DNA of 64,000 nt from assembly GCA_049519355.1 (NCBI GenBank), contig JBEKQV010000001.1:315946-379945 (forward strand), read 5' to 3'. The DNA is from Candidatus Microgenomates bacterium (lineage in GTDB: Bacteria; Patescibacteriota; Microgenomatia; UBA8517). The notes under the pieces are model-generated. The model was not told the origin of the DNA. It was given only the letters and a program-made list of their open reading frames with translations, and made no database searches. The position numbers were made by a program, and so were the translations under genes. This document shows positions 35,590 through 43,796 of the stretch, one piece after another (the stretch's first letter is position 1; each line of letters begins with the position of its first letter).

Positions 35590-37839
35590 TTAGGGTGTCG
35601 GGGGCGGGGTTGACGTTTGAGGCAGAGGGTAGTTTAGAGTTGCCGATTCCGAGGCAATCGGACAATTAAGACAATACAAAGTTCCGTCGGGATCCGTGTA
35701 GGTTGGGTGATTTTCGGTATGGGTCTGATCGGGAGGATCGTTTGGTCCCGCAAGTTGCCCCGTTGCATTATTTACGAGGATGTCCTGATTAACAACATTT
35801 GAAGCCGTTGGAACGGTTCCTGCCAGGAAATATTCGAATCTTGTTGGGCATCCGGGGTTTGCCGGGTCAGGATTTGGGGGAAGCCCACCCGTGTCGGCAC
35901 AAATTGTTGCACCGACTACGCCGTCAGGTTGTGCAGGCCAGGCCTGACCTTTTTCATTTGGATCGTAAGCTCCGCTACCGGCCTTATCTAAAACTGCTTT
36001 CATTACTTTATTCCAAATGGGCGATGCACCCGAAATTCCTGAAACCGCTCCGCTCATTGGTGTGTTATCGTTATTGCCGACCCAGGTAACGACTACGGCG
36101 TCTGCTGTGTATCCTATCGTCCAATTATCGCGCCTGTCGTTTGTGGTCCCCGTTTTTACGGAAACTTCGGGATGCCCGGTAACATTCAGGTAGGATGAAG
36201 TTCCGAAAGCAGCGCTTCTGGCGTTATTATCCAGAAGTATATGAGATATCAAGAAGGTTAAGGTCGGATCAAGTACGCGTGTGCCGGTGAGAGTATTTTT
36301 TGTCGGGTCGTACTGCTGGAGAACGTTTCCCTTCCAGTCGGTAACTTTGGTGATGGCCACAAGCGGTTGTTCGATTCCCTGATTGGCAAAAACGCCGTAA
36401 GCTACTGCCATATCATAGGGTCTGACTTCCAGTCCTCCCAGTGTTGCCGAAAGACCATATCCGCCGGGATCTGTAAGTGTTGTAAGTCCCATCTTTTTTG
36501 CAAAATCTATAAAGTTTTCGACTCCGTTTAGAGCTAAGACTTTAACTGCGGGAATGTTGTATGAATTTCCCAATGCAAAACGTGCCTCAACCAGGCCGTG
36601 GAAGGTGTTGTCATAATTTATGGGGCAATACAGTGGCTGTCCTGCGACATTGAAACAGGTAGGTACGTCAGCGAGAGCCGTTGCCGGTGTGATTTTTTCA
36701 TCTTTCAGTGCAAGAACATAGTTTAGAGGTTTAATTGAACTTCCGGGTTGACGTGATGCGAGAGTTACATTTACTTTGCCGTCTTCGTCGGTTGCAAAAT
36801 AATCTTTTGAACCGACCATTGCCAGAATTTCACCGGTTGACGGACGGGTTACGATGACGGCGCCATTTCCCACATTCTGTTTTTTGAGTTTACCGACCTC
36901 GGTGGCAACCGCGGCCTGTGCCAGGTTTTGGATATCAAGGTCAAGGGTTGTATAAACCCGAAGCCCGCCCTGTTCAACCATCTTATCCCCGTACTCGTTG
37001 GCGAGTTGTTCTTTTATCCAGAGCGCAAAATGAGGAGCCTGTGGCGGCGAGATTGTTGTGTAAACCAAAGGTTCTTTATCTGCTTGGTTTGCCTGATCCT
37101 GAGTAATGTATTTATTGGTAACCATTTGCTTAAGAACTTCTTCCTGTCGGCCCTTGGCAAGTTCAGGATGCGCTCCAAAAGGAGAGTAAGTTGAAGGCGC
37201 CTGGGGAAGTCCTGCCAGAAGCGCCGATTGGGCGAGGTCCAAGTCTTTTGCTGGTTTATTAAAATATGTTTCACTGGCCGCTTCGATTCCGTAAGCTGTT
37301 CCTCCGTAAGGGATTGTGTTTAAGTAATTTTCCAAAATCTGATCTTTTGTGTAGACTCCTTCAACAATTACCGTCAGAACCAGCTCCTGGGCCTTCCGCC
37401 TGACTGTTCTTTCATTGGTTAGAAGTACATTTTTAACGAGTTGTTGGGTTATGGTTGAACCCCCCTGGAGCTGGCCTTTAAAAACGGTATTAAAAAGTGC
37501 TCTGACAATTCCGGTGATTGAAAAGCCTTCGTTCTGGTAGAAGTTTTTATCTTCTATTGATATAGTCGCCTCTTTAAAATAGGTTGGCATTTCAGATAAG
37601 GGGATTGGGGTTCTTTTTTTATCGGTATAAATTTCATAAATTAATTTTCCGTTTCTGTCAAAAATTTTTGTTGATACCGGCTGACTATTGGAAGAAAGAC
37701 CGGTAGGGAGTGGAATTCCCCAAAAAAGATAAATTCCGACTCCCAATATAAGCCCCCAATAAACCAGGAATTTTATTCCGTGGGCGTTTGTGAATAAATT
37801 TTTAATCTTAGTTCCGATAAAAGAAAAGAATTTTTTCAT
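35590..37839 (-). CDS. Class A penicillin-binding protein (PBP1A family), second tandem paralog
   Basis: LQGGSTITQQLVKN; same architecture, with a short N-terminal cytoplasmic tail plus TM. Confidence 0.9.
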   Translation of the reverse strand: MKKFFSFIGTKIKNLFTNAHGIKFLVYWGLILGVGIYLFWGIPLPTGLSSNSQPVSTKIFDRNGKLIYEIYTDKKRTPIPLSEMPTYFKEATISIEDKNFYQNEGFSITGIVRALFNTVFKGQLQGGSTITQQLVKNVLLTNERTVRRKAQELVLTVIVEGVYTKDQILENYLNTIPYGGTAYGIEAASETYFNKPAKDLDLAQSALLAGLPQAPSTYSPFGAHPELAKGRQEEVLKQMVTNKYITQDQANQADKEPLVYTTISPPQAPHFALWIKEQLANEYGDKMVEQGGLRVYTTLDLDIQNLAQAAVATEVGKLKKQNVGNGAVIVTRPSTGEILAMVGSKDYFATDEDGKVNVTLASRQPGSSIKPLNYVLALKDEKITPATALADVPTCFNVAGQPLYCPINYDNTFHGLVEARFALGNSYNIPAVKVLALNGVENFIDFAKKMGLTTLTDPGGYGLSATLGGLEVRPYDMAVAYGVFANQGIEQPLVAITKVTDWKGNVLQQYDPTKNTLTGTRVLDPTLTFLISHILLDNNARSAAFGTSSYLNVTGHPEVSVKTGTTNDRRDNWTIGYTADAVVVTWVGNNDNTPMSGAVSGISGASPIWNKVMKAVLDKAGSGAYDPNEKGQAWPAQPDGVVGATICADTGGLPPNPDPANPGCPTRFEYFLAGTVPTASNVVNQDILVNNATGQLAGPNDPPDQTHTENHPTYTDPDGTLYCLNCPIASESATLNYPLPQTSTPPPTP

Positions 37840-37902
37840 TAGAAGGAGAATTATACTTTATACATTAAGTATACCTCAAACTTTTTTGCTAAAATAAAAT
37901 AT

Positions 37903-38415
37903 ATGGAGAAATTACCAGAACTTGAGGAAAAGGTTTGGTGGAGTTATCTGGGAAGCGATTTGCAAAAACTTATTGTTGCTTCGGAATTTATTTATGAAGC
38001 GGTTGAAAGTTGGGGAGCGGATTTGCCAGGTGGAAAAAGAGAATTTGACGATTACTCTTTTGTTGTTTTTCCTGCAGCCAAAGCTTACGAGGGTTTCTTA
38101 AAGAAGCTTTTTTTAGATCTAAAATTTATTTCTGAAGAAGATTACTATGGTAAACATTTTAGGATCGGTAAAGCCTTAAATCCGTCTCTCCCCAAAGAGC
38201 TGAAACGCGAGGGTGTTTACGAAAAAATAGTTCAATTTTGCCAAGGGCAGACTCTAGCCGATAACTTATGGAATACCTGGAGGCTTTCCAGAAACCTGAC
38301 TTTCCATTGGTTTCCGAATGAAAAAAATGCCATAACTCTTAAAGAAGCCGGGGACAGGATAGAGATGATATTGGGAGCGGTTGATGAAGCTTATAAAGAG
38401 TGTAAGATGAAATAA
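37903..38415 (+). CDS. Hypothetical protein with a C-terminal Rx4H (HEPN-like) motif
   Basis: WRLSRNLTFHWFP contains R-N-L-T-F-H, the Rx4-6H signature of HEPN RNases. No other recognisable domain, so the call is tentative. Confidence 0.35.
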   Translation: MEKLPELEEKVWWSYLGSDLQKLIVASEFIYEAVESWGADLPGGKREFDDYSFVVFPAAKAYEGFLKKLFLDLKFISEEDYYGKHFRIGKALNPSLPKELKREGVYEKIVQFCQGQTLADNLWNTWRLSRNLTFHWFPNEKNAITLKEAGDRIEMILGAVDEAYKECKMK

Positions 38416-38418
38416 GGG

Positions 38419-39066
38419 ATGAAAAGTAAGACCACAGTAATTAAGAACATCACTATATATAGTACCTATCTTATTGTTGTTTGGGCCTTTTACCGTTTTC
38501 TTTTCCAACTTCCCGACAACATTGAGGAGCTTGTGGTTAAACCGATTTTATGGCTGGTTCCGATCTTCATCATAATGAGGAAAGAAGGTTTTGGACTTTC
38601 TTCTTTAGGAATAACTTTTAAGAACTTTTTCTCTTCAGTTTATCTTTCTGTAGCCCTCGGGGTTATTTTTCTGGCTGAGGGACTACTCACGAATTTCCTG
38701 AAATACGGTGGTTTTCATTTTGGTGCGAATATCGGCAGTACGCCCCTTATCATAACCTTAGGTCTTTCCTTTGCCACAGCCATTTCCGAGGAGACAGCAT
38801 TCAGAGGTTATATTTTTGGCAGGCTCTGGTTTGTGTTGAAGAATGAATTAAGCGCGAATACTATTACAACTATTCTTTGGACAGCAATCCATATTCCGAT
38901 TGCCTTTTTTGTTTTGAACTATACTTTGCCGCAGGGAATAATATACCTGATTCTCACAGCCATTTTCGGATTCGGTTCAGCGTACATTTTTGCCAGAACC
39001 AAAAACATCACCGGTTCAATTCTTCTTCATGTTCTTTGGGAATGGCCAATTATTCTTTTTCGATGA
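38419..39066 (+). CDS. CPBP-family (CAAX protease / Abi) intramembrane metalloprotease
   Basis: SEETAFRGY (EExxxR motif) and LHVLWE (HxxxN/D-like second motif); six TM helices. Confidence 0.75.
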   Translation: MKSKTTVIKNITIYSTYLIVVWAFYRFLFQLPDNIEELVVKPILWLVPIFIIMRKEGFGLSSLGITFKNFFSSVYLSVALGVIFLAEGLLTNFLKYGGFHFGANIGSTPLIITLGLSFATAISEETAFRGYIFGRLWFVLKNELSANTITTILWTAIHIPIAFFVLNYTLPQGIIYLILTAIFGFGSAYIFARTKNITGSILLHVLWEWPIILFR

Positions 39067-39107
39067 CTTGACCAAATAGGGTAGTTGGAAGTAGGATTGT
39101 ATCTGCC

Positions 39108-39734
39108 TTGATAAAAAAATATTTGTTCGGACTTGGTGTTTTTGTCTTTGCCTTCGCCATTCTTTCCATTTCTATTTTGCAGTCCTCTTCGATCTCTTAT
39201 TCCTTTGTTCAGGTAACTCCACTGCCTTCAGTGTTGGGGACTGAAGTGCCTGAGATAAATTACAATCTTCCTTTTCAGGGAACGGTTTTGCCTGATAACC
39301 CCCTCTGGGATCTCAAGGCATTGAGGGATAAGATTTGGTATTTTATTAGTCCATCACCGCTAAAAAAAGCCGAACTGGCACTACTTTTTTCCGATCAAAG
39401 ACTTGCCGCAGCACAAACGCTTTTTGAAAAGAATAAACCCGACGTAGCCATATCGACACTGACAAAGGGAGAGAAGTATTTAGCAATTGCAACCAGCCAG
39501 GAAACACTTGCCAGGAGTAAAGGAATGGACACTACGGCATTCTTAAATCAATTGGTCGTGTCGGCGCTTAAGCATAGAGAAGTAATCGAAAGTTTGATAC
39601 CTTTGGCTCCGGAGGAAGGAAAACCTGTTGTAATTAAAGCCGAGAATTATTCAAAAGATGCTTATAAAGCGGCGAGAGATGCACTTTACTCCAAGGGATT
39701 GCCCGTACCAATTGATCCGTTTGGTGGGGACTAA
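39108..39734 (+). CDS. DUF5667-like secreted protein
   Basis: N-terminal TM; the LPDNPLWDLK motif resembles the DUF5667 signature. TTG start. Confidence 0.45.
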   Translation: MIKKYLFGLGVFVFAFAILSISILQSSSISYSFVQVTPLPSVLGTEVPEINYNLPFQGTVLPDNPLWDLKALRDKIWYFISPSPLKKAELALLFSDQRLAAAQTLFEKNKPDVAISTLTKGEKYLAIATSQETLARSKGMDTTAFLNQLVVSALKHREVIESLIPLAPEEGKPVVIKAENYSKDAYKAARDALYSKGLPVPIDPFGGD

Positions 39735-39980
39735 TTGACATTAACGCTTCATTTTTTTATACCTTTTTTTTGGGTCAAAAAAATATCAATAAATAATTTC
39801 CGCAAAAACTACAGGAATTATCAAAACCCTCAGCCGTGAGCCATGCCTGAGTTGATATATTTTGATTAAAATCTTACCAGTTGACAGTCTAGGGGTAGTG
39901 TTTGAAAATCAGTCCAATCACTAATTGTAGAGTTTTTACTTTACATGTGTGAAAGAGTTTTCTGCCGTTTTTTTACTAAT

Positions 39981-40421
39981 ATGAAATGTCCATTTTGCGG
40001 GGCGGCAGACACGAGCGTTTTAGAAAGCAGAACCATTGAAGAAGGTGGCTCTATAAGACGGAGAAGGGAATGTGGAAAATGCGGTAAGCGTTTTACAACA
40101 ACAGAAGAAGTAAAGAAAAGTTTTCTCTGGGTAATCAAAAAGGACGGCAGGCGCGAGGTTTTTGAAAAAGAAAAGATTAAAGCCGGTATCTTGAGAGCAA
40201 TTGAAAAGCGGCCGGTTTCGCTGGATCTTGTCGATGATATAGTTGAGCAGGTAGAAAGAGAAATGCTACGAAGTGAGAAGCAGGAAATTCCAAGCCGGGT
40301 TATAGGAAACGCAGTACTTAAGAGATTAAAGAAAGTTGACAAAGTCGCCTGGTTGAGATTTGCTAGCGTGTATCTGGAATTTGAGGATTTAAGTGATTTT
40401 GAGAAATTAATTGAGAAATAA
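39981..40421 (+). CDS. nrdR: Transcriptional repressor NrdR
   Basis: MKCPFCG...CGKCGKRFTT zinc ribbon plus an ATP cone (VIKKDGRREVFEKEKI). Start at ATG 39981. Confidence 0.9.
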   Translation: MKCPFCGAADTSVLESRTIEEGGSIRRRRECGKCGKRFTTTEEVKKSFLWVIKKDGRREVFEKEKIKAGILRAIEKRPVSLDLVDDIVEQVEREMLRSEKQEIPSRVIGNAVLKRLKKVDKVAWLRFASVYLEFEDLSDFEKLIEK

Positions 40422-40428
40422 AAATAAA

Positions 40429-42885
40429 ATGGAACTGCAAACCGTAAAAAAAACTACAAAAGCCAAAAAACAGAAATTTATCTATAAGAATGGTGAAACG
40501 AAAGTTTCTATTGAAAATCTGATTGCCCCTTCATATGAGGAAATTATGGCGGAAGTCCATAAAAAAATTGGTGAGAGACCTGAAATGGATTCCGCTCTTC
40601 AAAAAGGGAATTGGACCGAGCAGGCACTAAAAGTTTTGGGAGAAAGATACTTGGTTAAAAATGAGAAACTGGAACCAATCGAAACACCCGAACAAATGGT
40701 TTGGAGAGTTGCTTGGGAGATAGCCTCCGCCGAGGCAAGATGGGGAGTTAAGAAAAAAGAAGTGGAAGTACTTGCAAAAGAATTTTATAACCTTATGGCA
40801 TCACGACAGTTTTTGCCTAATTCACCAACTCTTATGAACGCAGGAACAGGAAACGGGCTTCAGTATTCCGCCTGTTTTGTTTTGCCCGTAGAGGATTCAA
40901 TGGAGGGAATATTTGATGCTCTTAAATACCAGGCGATAATTCATAAAACCGGGGGCGGAACAGGATTTTCTTTTAGCCGCCTTCGTCCTAACGGTTCGAT
41001 TGTAAAGACTTCTTCGGGGACGGCTTCCGGACCTGTATCTTTTATGAGGATTTTTGATGCTGCCACAAACGAAGTTAAGCAGGGAGGAAAAAGAAGAGGG
41101 GCAAATATGGGGATACTTCGGGTGGACCACCCCGATATTTTGGAGTTTATTCATTGTAAGGAAGAGGGCGGAATAACCAATTTCAATATTTCTGTTGCCA
41201 TCACCGATAAATTTATAGATGCTTACTATAAAGATGAGGATTATGAGCTGATCAACCCTAAGACAAAAGAAGTTGCCGGAACTCTTTCGGCCAGGCGTGT
41301 CTTTGACGAAATTGCGGACGGAGCTTGGAGAACCGGGGACCCTGGGTTGATTTTTGTGGATAGGATAAATGCCAGTACAGCAAATCCTGTTCCGGCTCTG
41401 GGACCGATAGAGTCAACTAACCCTTGCGGAGAACAACCTCTTTATCCGTATGATGCTTGCAACCTCGGCAGTATTTTTCTTACTTATTTTGTCAAAGAAG
41501 CCGGTGGAAAAAAAGAAGTTGATTGGTCGAAACTCAAAAAGGTAACCCATCAAGCCGTTCGTTTTTTGGATAATGTTATTGAAGTTAATCCATACCCACT
41601 GGATCAAATCCGGAAAACCGTTTTCAATAGCCGTCGAATCGGTTTGGGTGTAGGGGGTTGGGCCGATATGTTAATAAGTCTCGGCATTCCTTACGATAGC
41701 GACGAGGCAATGAAACTCGGAGAGAAAATTATGAAAGTAATTCAGGAAGAGGCGGTTGACGAATCCAGAATTTTGGCAAAAACCCGCGGACCGTTTCTTC
41801 TCTGGCCGGTTTCAATTTATAGGGAAGAGGTTCCCAGACGGAATTCAACCGTTACAACAATTGCGCCGACGGGGACGATCTCAATAATTGCCGGAGCAAG
41901 TAGTGGAATTGAACCACTTTTTGCAATTGCGTTTCAGCATATTGTTAAAGATAAACATTTGGATAGAAAACTTTCTTTTGTAAATCCGGAATTCGAAAAA
42001 GTGGCTAAAGAAAAAGGTTTTTGGTCAGAAGATCTAATGACCAGGGTTTCCGAGAAGGGAGTGATAAGAGACATAGAGGAGATTCCTGAAGATGTAAGGG
42101 CGGTTTTTGGTACAGCTCACGAAATTGATATTGACTGGCACGTAAGAACACAGTCTGTTTTTCAGAAATACACGGAGAATGCCGTAAGTAAAACAATAAA
42201 TCTTAGACATGACGCAACAGTTGACGATGTCAAAAAAGCTTACCTTTTGGCTTGGGAAACAAACTGCAAAGGGATCACAATTTTTAGAGACGGCAGTAAA
42301 AATACCCAGGTTCTAAACCTTGGGGTGAGCGATAAAGCAAAAACTGAAAATGAAGCGCCGGTTCAAACGCAAGTGATTCAAGAAAGACCCCTTAAGGTTG
42401 AAGGCGCAACTTATAGAATTGTGACTCCTCTGGGAAGCGCGTTTATTACTGTCAATCAGGACCCCGCCGGAAATCCGTTTGAAGTTTTCATAACCATCGG
42501 TAAAGCCGGAAGCGAAGTCGCCGCTATGGCTGAGGCACTCGGAAGAATGATCTCCACAACACTTAGGTTTGGGAATCACTTGCCGCCGCGCGAGAGAGCT
42601 AGAGAGATTGTCGATCAGTTGAAAGGCATCGGCGGCGGTCGTTCGGTAGGATTTGGTCCGAATAAAGTCAGATCCCTTCCCGATGCGGTCGCAAAGGCAC
42701 TTTCACTTCACTTTGGATTTGGAAATGGGGAAACCCAACACCAAGTTCCTCAACAAGTTGAAGCGGTTCCGGTAGAGCCAGAAATGGAAAAAGTTGGTGA
42801 TATTTGTCCTTCCTGCGGCAGCCCAGCACTTGTTTATGAAGAGGGCTGTGCTAAATGCCATGCTTGTGGGCACTCGGAATGCTAA
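40429..42885 (+). CDS. nrdJ: Ribonucleotide reductase, class II (adenosylcobalamin-dependent)
   Basis: About 820 aa; active-site region NPCGEQ; C-terminal Zn ribbon CPSCGSPALVYEEGCAKCHACGHSEC, typical of class II RNRs. Confidence 0.9.
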   Translation: MELQTVKKTTKAKKQKFIYKNGETKVSIENLIAPSYEEIMAEVHKKIGERPEMDSALQKGNWTEQALKVLGERYLVKNEKLEPIETPEQMVWRVAWEIASAEARWGVKKKEVEVLAKEFYNLMASRQFLPNSPTLMNAGTGNGLQYSACFVLPVEDSMEGIFDALKYQAIIHKTGGGTGFSFSRLRPNGSIVKTSSGTASGPVSFMRIFDAATNEVKQGGKRRGANMGILRVDHPDILEFIHCKEEGGITNFNISVAITDKFIDAYYKDEDYELINPKTKEVAGTLSARRVFDEIADGAWRTGDPGLIFVDRINASTANPVPALGPIESTNPCGEQPLYPYDACNLGSIFLTYFVKEAGGKKEVDWSKLKKVTHQAVRFLDNVIEVNPYPLDQIRKTVFNSRRIGLGVGGWADMLISLGIPYDSDEAMKLGEKIMKVIQEEAVDESRILAKTRGPFLLWPVSIYREEVPRRNSTVTTIAPTGTISIIAGASSGIEPLFAIAFQHIVKDKHLDRKLSFVNPEFEKVAKEKGFWSEDLMTRVSEKGVIRDIEEIPEDVRAVFGTAHEIDIDWHVRTQSVFQKYTENAVSKTINLRHDATVDDVKKAYLLAWETNCKGITIFRDGSKNTQVLNLGVSDKAKTENEAPVQTQVIQERPLKVEGATYRIVTPLGSAFITVNQDPAGNPFEVFITIGKAGSEVAAMAEALGRMISTTLRFGNHLPPRERAREIVDQLKGIGGGRSVGFGPNKVRSLPDAVAKALSLHFGFGNGETQHQVPQQVEAVPVEPEMEKVGDICPSCGSPALVYEEGCAKCHACGHSEC

Positions 42886-42919
42886 GCGGAGCTTTTCACC
42901 CGACGTGGTAAAATAGGCC

Positions 42920-43426
42920 GTGCCGATTTACACAAAAATAGGGGATAAAGGCGAGACCAGGGTTTTTGATCCAAAAACAAAAAAGCTGATTCCCATTTCC
43001 AAGACTTCAAAAAAAATTGATACGATAGGAACTATCGATGAGCTGAATTCACTCCTTGGGGTTATCGGGGGATTAACCAATATCCAATCGGACCTTTTTA
43101 CTATTAACGCAATTCTGGCCGGAACTAAACTCCAGTTTTCAAAAGCCAAGACAAAAAAACTGGAAAAAGAAATTGATAAGCTTGAGGGAATTTTGCCGGT
43201 TCAAAAAAACTTTATTTATTATGGCGGCACTCCTAAGGCTACGTTTCTTTTTTTTGCCCGTTCGGTTGCCAGACGTGCGGAAAGGTCATTGGTGGAGTTG
43301 GCCAAAGAGGAAAAAATCCCCGAGGCAATCGCGGTTTACTTTAACCGTTTGTCCGACTACCTTTTTATAAAAGCCAGAGAGATAAACTTTACTTCCGGTA
43401 TCTCAGAAAAGGCTTGGAGGAGATAG
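42920..43426 (+). CDS. ATP:cob(I)alamin adenosyltransferase, PduO-type
   Basis: N-terminus MPIYTKIGDKGETRVF matches the PduO-type signature (MxIYTKTGDxGxT). Confidence 0.85.
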   Translation: MPIYTKIGDKGETRVFDPKTKKLIPISKTSKKIDTIGTIDELNSLLGVIGGLTNIQSDLFTINAILAGTKLQFSKAKTKKLEKEIDKLEGILPVQKNFIYYGGTPKATFLFFARSVARRAERSLVELAKEEKIPEAIAVYFNRLSDYLFIKAREINFTSGISEKAWRR

Positions 43427-43451
43427 TTAACTGATATACAATGAATTTACT

Positions 43452-43796
43452 ATGGCGGGTACACCAGAAATTCAAAGCGCTAAACCGGAAATTCAGGAGG
43501 TAAATAAAGAAGCGGAGTTTATAGTTCCCGAAACCCTTCAAAACTCCGGTGTACAGGTTGTCCAAAAAACTTTTAAAGCTCAGGTTAAAGACGGCAAGGG
43601 GCAGCCTCTTATCCAAACTCCGCCGACACAAGTTATCACAGTTCAGCCGCCTTACGACCAGACAACTTTGGTAAAACAGTCAAAGGCTTCAACTTCGTCA
43701 TCGCTAACCTGGCTATCCGCGTTCTGGATTAGAATTATTAAAAAAGCTCTCCATTTTGGCTGGAAGATAGTAGGAAAGGATCAAAATGTTTCTTGA
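43452..43796 (+). CDS. Hypothetical protein (with a C-terminal amphipathic/TM segment)
   Basis: ORF track; overlaps the start of the downstream ATPase. Confidence 0.4.
   Translation: MAGTPEIQSAKPEIQEVNKEAEFIVPETLQNSGVQVVQKTFKAQVKDGKGQPLIQTPPTQVITVQPPYDQTTLVKQSKASTSSSLTWLSAFWIRIIKKALHFGWKIVGKDQNVS

Noticed and set aside
39735-39980. NrdR box or cobalamin riboswitch upstream of nrdR-nrdJ
   Set aside because: Looked for the palindromic NrdR box (acaCwAtATaTwGtgt-like) and a B12-riboswitch core. Only weak AT-rich partial matches (TTGATATATTTTGA); not convincing by eye.
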